Virus record (IMG/VR): IMGVR_UViG_3300037424_001375
Span: 1-62,155 of that record
From: a virus
Taxonomy: Duplodnaviria > Caudoviricetes
Strand: one strand, 5' to 3'
DNA length: 62,155 nucleotides
How positions within the stretch are numbered: position 1 is the first letter of the stretch; each line of letters opens with the position of its first letter. The notes under the pieces were generated by a model. It made no database searches. It saw nothing but the letters and a program-made list of their open reading frames with translations, and was not told the origin of the DNA. Shown piece after piece: positions 1 through 9,416 of the stretch. The translations under genes were made by a program, and so were the position numbers.

Positions 1-127
1 CGCCCCGCGCTCTGGCTCACGAAGCCCGTGCGCCGTCGTCACCCCGAGCGCACCGAGCAAGCGCACATCGTCCGGCTGCTGCGCACGGTCGGCGCCGAGG
101 TGTGGACGCTCGGCACGACGCGCCGCC
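1..127. repeat. Terminal direct repeat, copy 1 (circular assembly overlap)
   Basis: Bases 1-127 match 62029-62155; 127 is a typical assembler k-mer length; a gene reads through the junction. Confidence 0.95.
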
Positions 128-423
128 ATGGGGACTATCAGGGCACGAACCAGGCGCCAGGGCTCCCCGATCTTCTGGCGTTCCTCCCGGTCCCGGACGG
201 CGGGCGCGTGCTCCTCGTCGTCGAAGTCAAGGCGCCCGGCGGCCGGCTCCGTCCCGATCAAGTCCGCTTCCGCGACTGCTGCCTGGCCGCCGGCGTCTCG
301 CACCTCACCGGTGGGCTGGACGTCGTCATCGCCTGGCTCATCGTTCACGGTTACCTCAAGCGTGACCAAGTGGCGTTTCACCGCCTTCCCCTGGAGGATC
401 CCGATGCCGTTTCTCAGCCCTGA
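28..423 (+). CDS. VRR-NUC domain (PD-D/ExK) nuclease; true start probably ATG 62017 across the circular junction
   Basis: PGLPDLL...VEVKAPGGRLRPDQ motif; ATG 62017 overlaps the MTase stop (ATGA) and is in frame across the join. Confidence 0.85.
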   Translation: MRRRHPERTEQAHIVRLLRTVGAEVWTLGTTRRHGDYQGTNQAPGLPDLLAFLPVPDGGRVLLVVEVKAPGGRLRPDQVRFRDCCLAAGVSHLTGGLDVVIAWLIVHGYLKRDQVAFHRLPLEDPDAVSQP

Positions 424-901
424 CCTTCCCGCGCACTTTAAGACCGCCGTGCTCCGCCGTGGCGACACCGGCCAGCCGACGGCCCGCGCGACGTTCGTGA
501 TCGAGCCGCTCGGCTACGGACTCGCCCAGGAACTCGGCGGCGAAGTCGCCGACCACCTCTACGACGACGACCAGCAGATTCGCGACGAGCTGGAGTCGGT
601 GACGCTCCACCCGCACGTCGGGCTGCAGCGAGTCATCGCCCGCGTCGTGCCCGACAGCGACGTCGGCCGCGCGGAGATCGCGCCCGTGTCGCTCGTGCAG
701 CTCAAGGCCACGCGCCTCGAGGACGAGAAGAAGGGCACCCTCTGGATCGCGCTCGCGCTCGTGCTGGAGTTCGATTTGACGACCCGCGCGACGCGCGAGT
801 TCGTCATCGATCGCTTCGACAGCGTCGTGCGGCTGACGTTCGAGGCGTTGCAGGGGGATCTGCTCGACCCATCTGGCGCGCCGGAGCCGGCGACGAAGTA
901 G
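404..901 (+). CDS. Hypothetical phage protein
   Basis: GGAGG before ATG 404 (MPFLSPDL), globular-looking composition. Confidence 0.65.
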   Translation: MPFLSPDLPAHFKTAVLRRGDTGQPTARATFVIEPLGYGLAQELGGEVADHLYDDDQQIRDELESVTLHPHVGLQRVIARVVPDSDVGRAEIAPVSLVQLKATRLEDEKKGTLWIALALVLEFDLTTRATREFVIDRFDSVVRLTFEALQGDLLDPSGAPEPATK

Positions 902-907
902 GGGCCA

Positions 908-1132
908 ATGAGCCAACTCCAATTCGCGTTTGCCGTCGCGCCGTCGCCACCCTGCCGCTTCGGCTGCCAGGCGTGGGATGGTCCGCACCACTGCGCCTCG
1001 TGCGCCGCGGCGGTCGAGGCGGCGTGCCGGCAATTCGACGCAGCCGTGCAGGCCGGGACCTACAACGCGCGCGGCTACAGACAGTCGGAGTGGATCCGCG
1101 CGGGACACCCCGCCGCGACATGGAGGGACTAA
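908..1132 (+). CDS. Small Cys-containing hypothetical protein
   Basis: CxxxC/CxxC motifs, operon packing. Confidence 0.5.
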   Translation: MSQLQFAFAVAPSPPCRFGCQAWDGPHHCASCAAAVEAACRQFDAAVQAGTYNARGYRQSEWIRAGHPAATWRD

Positions 1133-1349
1133 CCATGCCGCGCCGCACCATCCACGACCACCGCCCCGACGAACCACTCATCGTCAGCGCCCGGCGTCGA
1201 GCTGGTGGGCCGGCTGTTCGGACGCCGAGTTCACCGCCCGGGCGCACCGCGAGATCCACCGGATGACGACGGAGAAGTTGCCGGCAAAGCTCGAACAGGG
1301 GCTCAATCGCATGGACGTCGAGCGGCGGCTGAGGCGATTGGAGACGTGA

Positions 1350-2390
1350 ATGAACAAGACCGCGATCTCGTACTGCGACTTCTCGTGGAATCCGATCAGG
1401 GGGTGCGCTCGTGTTTCGCCCGGGTGCCAGTCGTGTTACGCCGAGGCCATCGCCGCGCGGTTCAGCGGTGGGCCGTACGTGTGCGGCGAGCTTGGCGATC
1501 CGACCGCACCCTTCCACGGTATTGCCACGATGACGCCCGCCGGCCCGCGCTGGACGGGCGACGTCCGCCTGATCGAAGCGAAGCTCGACGAGCCCCTGCG
1601 CGCGCGACGGAGCGCCGAGAAGTTCCTCCGCCAGCACGGGCGCAAGCCGATCGTATTCGTGGAGGACATGGGGGATCTGTTCTACGAGCGCGTGCCTGTC
1701 GAGTGGCAGGACCGCGTGTTCGCCGTGATGCGCGAGGCCGACTGGTTCGACTACCTTGTGCTGACGAAGCGCGCTGAAGAGATGGCGGAGTACGTGCTCG
1801 ACGGCGAGCGGTTCGCCTACGTCAACCCATCGGGGTGTGGCTGTCTGTGCCACGAGGGATGCGACAACACCGGCGGCTGCGAACATTGCGAAGATGTTCA
1901 TGTGTGGCCCCTCCCGCACGTCTGGCTTGGCGTGAGCGCGGAGGACCAGCAGCGAGCGGACGAACGGATTCCGCACCTACTGAAACTCGCCGACGCTGGC
2001 TGGCGAACATGGATTTCGGCCGAGCCTTTGCTTGGACCGATCAACCTAGACGGGGTCTGGGGCTATCCTGGCAGTGCTGATGGTGCCCTACTCGCTCGCT
2101 GGCCGGTCCACGCGTTGGCCATCGGCGGCGAGAGCGGACACGGCGCCCGCCCGTGCCAGGTCGAGTGGATCGAATCGCTCGTCAGCCAGGCGCAGGCCGC
2201 CGGGGTGAAGTGCCACGTCAAGCAGCTCGGGTCGAAGCCCCTCATCGATCGTGTGACGGCGCCATTGGGAATCGGGCCTCAGCGCGACTGGTGGGTTAAG
2301 TTGCGCGACGCCCACGGCGCCGACCCCTCGGAGTGGCCCGAGCGCCTGCGCGTCCGGGAGTGGCCCGAGAGTCTGCGAGGCGCGCGGTGA
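1350..2390 (+). CDS. DUF5131 (phage gp37/gp68) radical-SAM-like protein
   Basis: SWNPIRGCARVSPGCQSCYAE, FVEDMGDLF, LTKR, WLGVSAEDQ, SAEPLLGPI, GGESG, KQLG motifs. Confidence 0.92.
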   Translation: MNKTAISYCDFSWNPIRGCARVSPGCQSCYAEAIAARFSGGPYVCGELGDPTAPFHGIATMTPAGPRWTGDVRLIEAKLDEPLRARRSAEKFLRQHGRKPIVFVEDMGDLFYERVPVEWQDRVFAVMREADWFDYLVLTKRAEEMAEYVLDGERFAYVNPSGCGCLCHEGCDNTGGCEHCEDVHVWPLPHVWLGVSAEDQQRADERIPHLLKLADAGWRTWISAEPLLGPINLDGVWGYPGSADGALLARWPVHALAIGGESGHGARPCQVEWIESLVSQAQAAGVKCHVKQLGSKPLIDRVTAPLGIGPQRDWWVKLRDAHGADPSEWPERLRVREWPESLRGAR

Positions 2391-2617
2391 GCCGCACCGA
2401 CGAAGTGCAGCGCGTGCTCGCGGCGCTCATCGACGCGCGCCGGTCCGAGATCGACACGGCTGACGATCTGGCGCGGCTCGAAGTGCAGCTCTACTTCCGG
2501 CCGCAGGCGGTCGGTCCGGTCGATGCCGAAGTGAGCATGAAGCGGAAGCAGCGGTTGGGCGTGCGGCGCGCGGAGGAGCGGTCGGCGTCAGTGGGCCGCC
2601 GGGATGTTGTGCGGTGA
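2387..2617 (+). CDS. Hypothetical protein
   Basis: GTG overlapping the upstream stop. Confidence 0.5.
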   Translation: MSRTDEVQRVLAALIDARRSEIDTADDLARLEVQLYFRPQAVGPVDAEVSMKRKQRLGVRRAEERSASVGRRDVVR

Positions 2618-2656
2618 AAGATCGGGATGTTGTTCAGTAAGGGAGCATAGCCAATC

Positions 2657-3466
2657 ATGGACCTTGAACCTATCGTGCGACTGACGCGGGACGTGAAAGC
2701 GGCGGCGCGGACGCTCTCGAGCGGAGAGGCGCGCTTTCTCGTCGACTACTACTACGCGCTTCAGGAAGACCGGATCCGTTCGGCACACCAAGTGCGCACG
2801 CTGCAAGAAGCGGGCGAACCCAACGACGTTCTCGCGTGGCTCGGCGACAACGCCGGCGTGTTGGAGCGCAACATCAAGAGCGCCCTCGGGGTGTACGCCG
2901 ACGCCGATCCCGTGGGCCAGTGGAGCCAGTCGATTGTCGGCATCGGGCCGATCATCGCGGCCGGGCTGCTCGCGCACATTGACATCGAAAAGGCGCCGAC
3001 CGTCGGGCACATCTGGCGGTTCGCGGGGCTCGACCCGACGATGGCGTGGGAGAAGAAAACCAAACGGCCGTGGAACGCGGCCCTCAAGACGCTCTGCTGG
3101 AAGATCGGGGAGAGCTTCGTCAAGGTGAGCGGAAACGACGCCGCCGTGTACGGCAAGCTCTATCTCGCGCGCAAGGCCATCGAAGTAGCGAAGAACGACG
3201 CGGGCGCGTTCGCGGAGCAGGCGGCGGCCAAGCTGGAGAAGTTCAAGATCGGGAAGACGACCGATGCCTACAAGGCGTACAGCGCGGGCCGATTGCCGCC
3301 GGCACACCTCCACGCGCGGGCGAAACGGTGGGCGGTGAAGCTGTTCCTGGCCCACTGGCACGCCGTGGCGTATCGCGCGAAATTCGGAACCGATGCGCCG
3401 AAGCCGTACGTGCTGAGTCAGCTTCAGCATGGGCACGAGATCGTCTGTCCGAACTGGCCGTTTTAA
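2657..3466 (+). CDS. Nop-domain / IS110 C-terminal-like RNA-binding protein without nuclease domain (TasA-like)
   Basis: SIVGIGPIIAAGLLA..IDIEKAPTVGHIWRFAGL, PWNAALK, YGKLY..RK, HLHARAKR..VKLFL..W; no RuvC or HNH motif seen; array starts at its stop codon. Confidence 0.85.
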   Translation: MDLEPIVRLTRDVKAAARTLSSGEARFLVDYYYALQEDRIRSAHQVRTLQEAGEPNDVLAWLGDNAGVLERNIKSALGVYADADPVGQWSQSIVGIGPIIAAGLLAHIDIEKAPTVGHIWRFAGLDPTMAWEKKTKRPWNAALKTLCWKIGESFVKVSGNDAAVYGKLYLARKAIEVAKNDAGAFAEQAAAKLEKFKIGKTTDAYKAYSAGRLPPAHLHARAKRWAVKLFLAHWHAVAYRAKFGTDAPKPYVLSQLQHGHEIVCPNWPF

Positions 3467-3828
3467 GCCAGCGTAACTGAGAGCACCATGCTGGCTGAGC
3501 GAGCCATAGCCAGAGAGAGTACCAAGTGGCGCGAGCGAGCCAGCCGGAGGGAGAGCACCATGACGGATGAGCGAGCCAAAAAAAGGGAGAGCACCATTGT
3601 CCTAGAGCGAGCCACCCCCCCTGAGAGCACCACCCCCTTTGAGCGAGCCAATGCGGACGAGAGCACCATTACGCGATGAGCGAGCCATCGTACGCGAGAG
3701 CACCAGCAGCAAGGAGCGAGCCACCGCCAATGAGAGCACCGAGAACTTTGAGCGAGCCAAAGTACGTGAGAGTGCCATGAGTACCGAGCGAGCCAACATC
3801 TACGAGAGCACCACTGAACGAGAGCGAG
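3466..3828 (+). ncRNA. TIGR-like tandem interspaced guide RNA array: 10 units of 36 nt with two alternating repeats
   Basis: Unit = AGCCA-N8-GAGAGCACCA-N8-GAGCG; 20 distinct spacers, one of them 9 nt. Confidence 0.9.
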
Positions 3829-3851
3829 AGGGCTCCTGATGTTGCCGCTCG

Positions 3852-3860
3852 TGGTATAGT
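3852..3860 (+). promoter_or_regulatory. Possible extended -10 promoter upstream of the HNH/packaging genes
   Basis: TGgTATAGT in a GC-rich background. Confidence 0.35.
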
Positions 3861-3982
3861 GACGGCGGAACAATCAGGCGCTCACGCTGGCCGAGGGATG
3901 CAGAGCCGGCACCCGCAACGGACACACGTCCTGCGGCGTGCCGGCTTTTGTCGTGTACGGGGCCAGCCAGGAAAGTCCACGG

Positions 3983-4411
3983 ATGCCCGACGCGCCCCTG
4001 CGCCCCTGCCTGGAGCCCGGATGCCCCGTCCTCGTGTCCGGTGGTGGCCGCTGTCCCGCGCACACCCGGCAGTACGATCACCGACGCGGCAGCGCCGCCT
4101 CCCGCGGCTACGATGCCCGCTGGGCCGCCCACCGCGCCCGCTACTTCCACAAGCTGATCGCCCTCGACATCTTGCCCGCGTGCGGCGCGCGGCTCCCTGG
4201 CGCGCCCATGACGGCGGACAGCCGGTGCCAGGCTGAGGGCCGGCTCATCACCGACGGCCTCGAGCGCGACCACATCGTGCCCCACCGCGGCGACGCCGGA
4301 CTGTTCTGGGATCCTCTGAACCTCCAGCTGCTGTGCCGCTCGTGTCACAGCCGGAAGACGATGCAGGAGCAGCAGGGGCGCCGTCCGGAGCCGCCGAAGG
4401 ACATGGACTGA
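3983..4411 (+). CDS. Packaging-associated HNH endonuclease (HK97 gp74-like)
   Basis: PLRPCLEPGCP, RGYDARW, DHIVPHRGD..LFWDPLNLQLLCRSCHSRKT; upstream of terS. Confidence 0.9.
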   Translation: MPDAPLRPCLEPGCPVLVSGGGRCPAHTRQYDHRRGSAASRGYDARWAAHRARYFHKLIALDILPACGARLPGAPMTADSRCQAEGRLITDGLERDHIVPHRGDAGLFWDPLNLQLLCRSCHSRKTMQEQQGRRPEPPKDMD

Positions 4412-4642
4412 ATGGCCACATCTTACGTGTGTTCGACGTGCGGCGGCATGGTGTTCGTTCCAGACCACCAAGTCGTGGACAGTCCCGCGATCATGGCGCG
4501 AAGGCGGGTAGAAGCAGAGAGGCGACGTCAGTTCGCACGCAGACTTGGCGTGTGTAATTGTCCTCGCGACGTCTACGGCCGACCTCCCCGTCCGCGCATC
4601 CCCCGGCCGACGCGCCCAAACCCCAAGGAGAGACGACGGTGA
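4412..4642 (+). CDS. Small zinc-ribbon hypothetical protein
   Basis: CSTCGG and CNC motifs; abuts HNH stop. Confidence 0.45.
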   Translation: MATSYVCSTCGGMVFVPDHQVVDSPAIMARRRVEAERRRQFARRLGVCNCPRDVYGRPPRPRIPRPTRPNPKERRR

Positions 4643-4682
4643 TTCGCGCTCGCGCGGTCCATCAAGGCCGAGCAGTGCCGAC

Positions 4683-4850
4683 CTGTCAACATCTTGACAC
4701 CAACGGGCGCCACAACCGTCAAACGGTTGACAGCAAGGGTATATAGGTCCAAATTTATGGAGAGGTGAGCGGCAAAGAACCGCGTTGGTCGCGATCACGC
4801 TCGCGCGCAAATTCAAAAGTTCAGGAATCTGAATCAAAGGTGTCAAGCTG
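4683..4850. other. Candidate cos/packaging-initiation region
   Basis: AT-richer intergenic gap between HNH and terS with inverted repeats (CTGTCAAC/GTTGACAG) and AACCGCG...CGCGCAAATT; same position as cos in HK97-like phages. Confidence 0.4.
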
Positions 4851-5348
4851 ATGGCGAGAGGCGGGGCGAGGGTCGGCGCCGGGCGGAAACCGCGCGCGGC
4901 TCTCCATGTCGTGACGACACGGCCGCCAGCCGCCACGGGTGCTCCGGCCGGAGACGTAGCGGCCGGCCTCCTGGCCGCACCCGAGAGCCTGCCCGTTGCC
5001 CACCAAGACGTCTGGCGCCTCTATGCCCCGCCCGCGATCGAGGCCGGCACCCTCACGCCGCGGACCGCCGGCGCGTTCGCGCTGCTCTGCAAGCTCATCG
5101 TGATGGAACAGGCCGTGGTCGCGCAGATTGAGGCCGACGGGTGGACCTTCGTGAAGATCACGATCGATGGCGCGGGCCAGGAACACCAGGAACTGAAGTC
5201 GCACCCGCTCTGCTCGCACCATCGGGGCCTCGTGCAGCGCCTCGAGACGCAGATGAAAAACTTCGGCGTGATGCCGTTTGGGAAGCCCATCGTCGACCGG
5301 AAACCGAAAGGGCCGGCGAATCCATGGTCCACCGTCGTCGAGCGGTAG
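4851..5348 (+). CDS. terS: Terminase small subunit (P27-like)
   Basis: RGGARVGAGRKP N-terminus, HPL...FGVMP C-terminus, directly before terL. Confidence 0.85.
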   Translation: MARGGARVGAGRKPRAALHVVTTRPPAATGAPAGDVAAGLLAAPESLPVAHQDVWRLYAPPAIEAGTLTPRTAGAFALLCKLIVMEQAVVAQIEADGWTFVKITIDGAGQEHQELKSHPLCSHHRGLVQRLETQMKNFGVMPFGKPIVDRKPKGPANPWSTVVER

Positions 5349-7162
5349 GGCCCGCACCGCCCGCACCGCCCCCGCGCGCGCGGGACTATCTGCAGATCGC
5401 GCGTCTGTACGAGGACGAGGTTCGCGCGGGTGACGTGCTGGCCTGTCGATGGGTGCGGTTGGCGTGCGACCGGAATGCGCGTGACCGCAAGCGCGCCGGC
5501 AAGCGCGGGTTCCCGTACCGGTTCGAGCCGGGACGGGCGATCGCGATCTGCCAGGCCGTCGAGCTGATGCCGCACACCAAGGGACCGAAAGCCAAACAGC
5601 GGCTCATCGAGGGCGACTGGCGGTGGGCGACGCTGCACCTCGAGCCCTGGCAGATCTGGATCTTGACCACGGTCTTTGGCTGGGTGCGCGACGTCGATAG
5701 CCTCCGGCGGTTCCGAACCGTCCTCATTCTCGTGCCTCGCAAGAATGCGAAGTCGACCATCTCGGCCGCCGTGGGGAACTACCAGTTCGCCGCGGCGCGC
5801 GACAGCGGCGTCGAGGTCTACTCGGCCGCGACGACCCGCGATCAGGCGAAGATCGTGTTTGGCATCGCGCAGGAGATGGCGCGCCGCTCGCCGCAATTCC
5901 GCGAGTTCTTCGGTGTGCATGTCGGCGCGAAGGCGATGACGATCGCGGCGTCGGCCAGTAAGTTCGAACCGCTCTCCTCTGACGCCCACAACCTCGACGG
6001 GTTGAACGTCTCGACCGGCATCATCGACGAGTTGCACGCGCATCGGACCCGCCAGGTCTGGGACGTGATCGAGACGGCCACCGGCGCCCGCCAAGAACCC
6101 CTCATCTGGGCGATCAGCACCGCTGGTGCGGACATCGCGGGGATCTGTTACGAGGTCCTGACCTACCAACGGCGCATCCTCGAGCGCGGGATCCGCGACG
6201 AGACCTTCTTCGGCATCGAGTACACGATCGACGAGGATGACGACTGGAAAGCCGAGGCGAGCTGGCGAAAGGCGAACCCGAACTTCGGCGTCAGTGTCGA
6301 TCCTGGCGATCTCGCCCGCAAGGCGCTGAAGGCTCGCCACTCACCCGCGGCCGTCAACACCTTCCTCACGAAACACCTGAACGTCTGGGTGAAGGGCGAA
6401 ACGAGCTGGATGCCGATGGAGGCGTGGCACCACTGCGCCGCGCCGAAGGCGACCGCGTCGATCCACGCTTGGCTGGCCTTTCCCTGCTGGATTGGCATCG
6501 ACCTCTCGGAGGTGCGAGACATCGCGGCCGTCGTGGCGCTTTTCCGAGCCCCGGGCCGCCGCTACGCCGCGTTCGGTCGGTTCTATCTTCCCGCGGAGAC
6601 GGTCGATCGGTCCCCGATCGCCCAGTATCCCGGGTGGGTGCGTTCCGGTCACCTGATCGCCACGCCCGGCAATGCGACCGACTACACGCGCATCGAAGGG
6701 GACCTCGGCACGTGGTGCGAGACGCTGCCTCACGTTCAGGAGGTCTGCTTTGACCGGGCGCTCGCCGCCCAAATGGGACAGCGTCTCGCGGAACGTCTGG
6801 GCCGCAAACCACCCGTGATCACCGTGAATCAGAGCGTCGACGTCCTCAACCCCGTGCTGCAGGACGTCGAGGCCGCCGTGCTCGAGCGGCGCTTTCAGCA
6901 TCCGAACGACCCCGTCTTGACCTGGGCCGCGAGCAATGTGGTCGTCGCCCGCAACCACAAAGGCGAGATTTTCCCACGCAAGGCGGGCGGGAAAGACTCG
7001 CACAACAAGATCGATCCGATGTCGGCGCTCTTCACGGCGTGGAGCCGGGCCATGGCGATGCCGGAATCGACGCGGCCGCGGGCAACGCGCACGCCGAAGA
7101 TCTGGACGAAAGGCGGCTGGGTGCCCGCGGTGCCGCCGGCCCCAGTGGAGGTGCGGACATGA
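5324..7162 (+). CDS. terL: Terminase large subunit
   Basis: LEPWQ, PRKNAKST Walker A, IIDELHAH Walker B, ISTAG, ANPNFG, GIDLS, KIDPMSA; start codon uncertain. Confidence 0.96.
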   Translation: MVHRRRAVGPAPPAPPPRARDYLQIARLYEDEVRAGDVLACRWVRLACDRNARDRKRAGKRGFPYRFEPGRAIAICQAVELMPHTKGPKAKQRLIEGDWRWATLHLEPWQIWILTTVFGWVRDVDSLRRFRTVLILVPRKNAKSTISAAVGNYQFAAARDSGVEVYSAATTRDQAKIVFGIAQEMARRSPQFREFFGVHVGAKAMTIAASASKFEPLSSDAHNLDGLNVSTGIIDELHAHRTRQVWDVIETATGARQEPLIWAISTAGADIAGICYEVLTYQRRILERGIRDETFFGIEYTIDEDDDWKAEASWRKANPNFGVSVDPGDLARKALKARHSPAAVNTFLTKHLNVWVKGETSWMPMEAWHHCAAPKATASIHAWLAFPCWIGIDLSEVRDIAAVVALFRAPGRRYAAFGRFYLPAETVDRSPIAQYPGWVRSGHLIATPGNATDYTRIEGDLGTWCETLPHVQEVCFDRALAAQMGQRLAERLGRKPPVITVNQSVDVLNPVLQDVEAAVLERRFQHPNDPVLTWAASNVVVARNHKGEIFPRKAGGKDSHNKIDPMSALFTAWSRAMAMPESTRPRATRTPKIWTKGGWVPAVPPAPVEVRT

Positions 7163-7380
7163 CGGCGTTCTGGACGGCCATCCGCGCGGCGCTCGGGGTC
7201 GACGAGCTGATCCTGGTGCTCGCGCTGGTGTTGACGACGGCCGGACTCTGGTCCTGGCTCGGGCCTGGCGCGCTGACCGTGCCGGGCGTGGTGCTCATCT
7301 GGGTGGGCCTGCCGGTCCGACGACCGTTTGTCGGCCGGCCTGGCGCCGAGACTGAGGCGCCCAAGCGGAGGACAGGCTGA
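7159..7380 (+). CDS. Small two-TM membrane protein
   Basis: Hydrophobic helices; usual terL-portal position. Confidence 0.65.
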   Translation: MTAFWTAIRAALGVDELILVLALVLTTAGLWSWLGPGALTVPGVVLIWVGLPVRRPFVGRPGAETEAPKRRTG

Positions 7381-9413
7381 TGGGACTTTTGCAACGGATG
7401 TCATCGGTCACGGCGCCGGCGCGCCTCCAGGCGACCCCGATGGGCGACTATACGCGCGCCTTCTGGGGCGGCGATGGCCTCCCGTCGCTCTGGCTGTCGG
7501 CGCTCTCGACGGCCGGGATCACGATCACGCCGGATCTCGCGATGACGCTCTCGGCGTTCTACTCCGGCGTGTCGATGATCGCCTTCGACCTGGCGACCCT
7601 GCCGTGCCACGTGTTCAAACTCCGCGATGACGGGGGCAAGGACCGGATTCGTGGCGGGGTGTTCTCGGCCGACGGGGGAATCGGCGGGCTCGCCTATCGT
7701 CTGCGCTACCAACCGAATCCCTGGCAGACCGCCGCCGAGTTCATGCTCTCGCTCGTCGCCCAGCTCCTCCTGCGCGAGAACGCGTACGCCGAGATCCGGC
7801 CGGGCCCGTCGAACGCGATCGACCAACTCCTTCCGCGCCATCCCGATCGCGTCCGGCCCGAGCGGTCGCCACTCACCGGCCAACTGCGGTATCGGCTCGA
7901 GGAGTTCAGCGGACCGCCGCGCTACCTCACGCAAAACGAGATGTTCGTCGTTCGGGGCTTGTCGCTCGACGGCGGCCTCGCGGGCACCTCCCGGGTCACG
8001 CAGTGCGCGGACGCCATTGGGAGCGCGGTCGCGGCCGAACACGCGGCCGGGAAGTTCTTCAAATCGGGAATGGCCGCCGCCGCGGTCGCGACCTACAAGG
8101 GCGGCGAGATGGACCAGGAGACCGAGGACCGGCTCCACGCCAGCCTCACGCGGTACGCGACGGGGATCGAGAACTCCTTCGGCCTCATGCTGATCCCGGA
8201 CGACGTGTCGATCGCCACGCTCGCAGTCGAACCCGAGAAAGCCCAGATGATGCAGGCGCGCGAGTGGGGTGCGCGCGAGGTAGCGCGGCTCCTCCGGATC
8301 CCCCCGCACAAGCTCGGGATTACCGGGTCGACGAGTTACAACTCCCAGATCCAGGCGTCGCTCGACTACGTCATCACGTGTCTCCGGCCGCTCGCCGTGC
8401 TCATCGAGCAGGCGATGCAGCGCGATCTCATCCTCGCCAAGGATACGTATCTCGTCGAGTTCCAGCTCGCGGCGCTCCTCCGTGGTGATTTCGACCAGCA
8501 GGCGACCTACCTCGAGAAGCTGATTCGCAACCGCGTCATGCGCCCCTCCGAGGCCCGGCTCATTCTGAATATGAATCCCGATCCCGAGCTCGACCGGCTC
8601 TCCGAGCGGGACTTTCAGCCCGGCCGGCCGTCCGGCAGTCAGACCGCGGCGCCGGATGCCGATCGGGCGCAGGCGACGCCCCTCGCCGCGTACGCGCGCG
8701 GCTCGCTCAAGTCGACGCTCGCGATGCACGACAACGCGCTCCGCTGTCTCCGGCGCGAACGCGTGGCCGTCGAGAAGCTCGCGCGCAAGCACGCCGACGA
8801 CGTCGACGGCTGGCAGGCTGGTCTCCGAAGTTTCTTCGCGGAGCATGCCCAATTCGTCGCGCACGTCATGCGGCTCAACCCCATCGTCGCGCGCGGGTAC
8901 GCGGCGCAGCACGGGACCGAGTGGGAGCTGAAAGGGCTCGCGCTCCTGGGTGAGCACGAGGATGGGCCGGTGCTCTGGGAGCGGTACGAGGCGGACGAAC
9001 TGACGGCGCTCGCGCTCAGCGATGGGCACACGGTCGATGACTGGTTCGATCGGCGCCTCGTCGAGGCGCGGGCGGCGTCAAGGCCCGATACGCACGTGAC
9101 GGTACCGGTGACCATCACCCAACCAGCGATTCACGTCGACGCCGACCCGGCCACCGGTCACGCCCTGATCGGGCCGCGCCCGCTCGTCGCCGCAGTCTCT
9201 CCGCCGTCCCAGGCGCCCACGCTCACCGAGCGGGTGACGACCGTGGAGCGGGATCCCGAGGGACTGATTGCGCGCACGCGGACCAAGGTCCGCGAACTGC
9301 CGACCGAGCGGGTGACCGAGATCGAGCGCGACGAGCAAGGCTTCATCGCGCGGACCCGTACACGACTCCATGAGGCGCCAGTGCCCGAGCAGGACCAAGG
9401 CGTAGGCGAGTAA
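7380..9413 (+). CDS. HK97-family portal protein with long C-terminal extension
   Basis: PNPWQTAAEF, LLLRENAYAEI, HPDRV, EVARLLRIPPHKLG, LLRGD, MRPSEAR. Confidence 0.92.
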   Translation: MGLLQRMSSVTAPARLQATPMGDYTRAFWGGDGLPSLWLSALSTAGITITPDLAMTLSAFYSGVSMIAFDLATLPCHVFKLRDDGGKDRIRGGVFSADGGIGGLAYRLRYQPNPWQTAAEFMLSLVAQLLLRENAYAEIRPGPSNAIDQLLPRHPDRVRPERSPLTGQLRYRLEEFSGPPRYLTQNEMFVVRGLSLDGGLAGTSRVTQCADAIGSAVAAEHAAGKFFKSGMAAAAVATYKGGEMDQETEDRLHASLTRYATGIENSFGLMLIPDDVSIATLAVEPEKAQMMQAREWGAREVARLLRIPPHKLGITGSTSYNSQIQASLDYVITCLRPLAVLIEQAMQRDLILAKDTYLVEFQLAALLRGDFDQQATYLEKLIRNRVMRPSEARLILNMNPDPELDRLSERDFQPGRPSGSQTAAPDADRAQATPLAAYARGSLKSTLAMHDNALRCLRRERVAVEKLARKHADDVDGWQAGLRSFFAEHAQFVAHVMRLNPIVARGYAAQHGTEWELKGLALLGEHEDGPVLWERYEADELTALALSDGHTVDDWFDRRLVEARAASRPDTHVTVPVTITQPAIHVDADPATGHALIGPRPLVAAVSPPSQAPTLTERVTTVERDPEGLIARTRTKVRELPTERVTEIERDEQGFIARTRTRLHEAPVPEQDQGVGE

Positions 9414-9416
9414 CGC

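Noticed and set aside
1-127. Biological terminal repeat
   Set aside because: Length matches an assembler k-mer, it falls inside a gene, and the packaging genes look cos-type
1135-1349. Gene between 1132 and 1350
   Set aside because: The RBS-led ATG frame and the protein-like frame differ, so no confident call; possibly frameshifted
2657-3466. IS110 transposase / insertion sequence
   Set aside because: No N-terminal RuvC-like DEDD domain and no IS ends; the adjacent array fits Tas better
3466-3828. CRISPR array, or the short ORFs 3488-3679, 3639-3839 and 3463-3873 as proteins
   Set aside because: Repeats and spacers are far too short, two repeats alternate and no cas genes are present; the ORFs just reflect the 18/36-nt period
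2600-3844. GATGTTG copies (2603, 2626, 3838) as boundaries of the Tas cassette
   Set aside because: Only 7 bp shared across the cassette; could be chance
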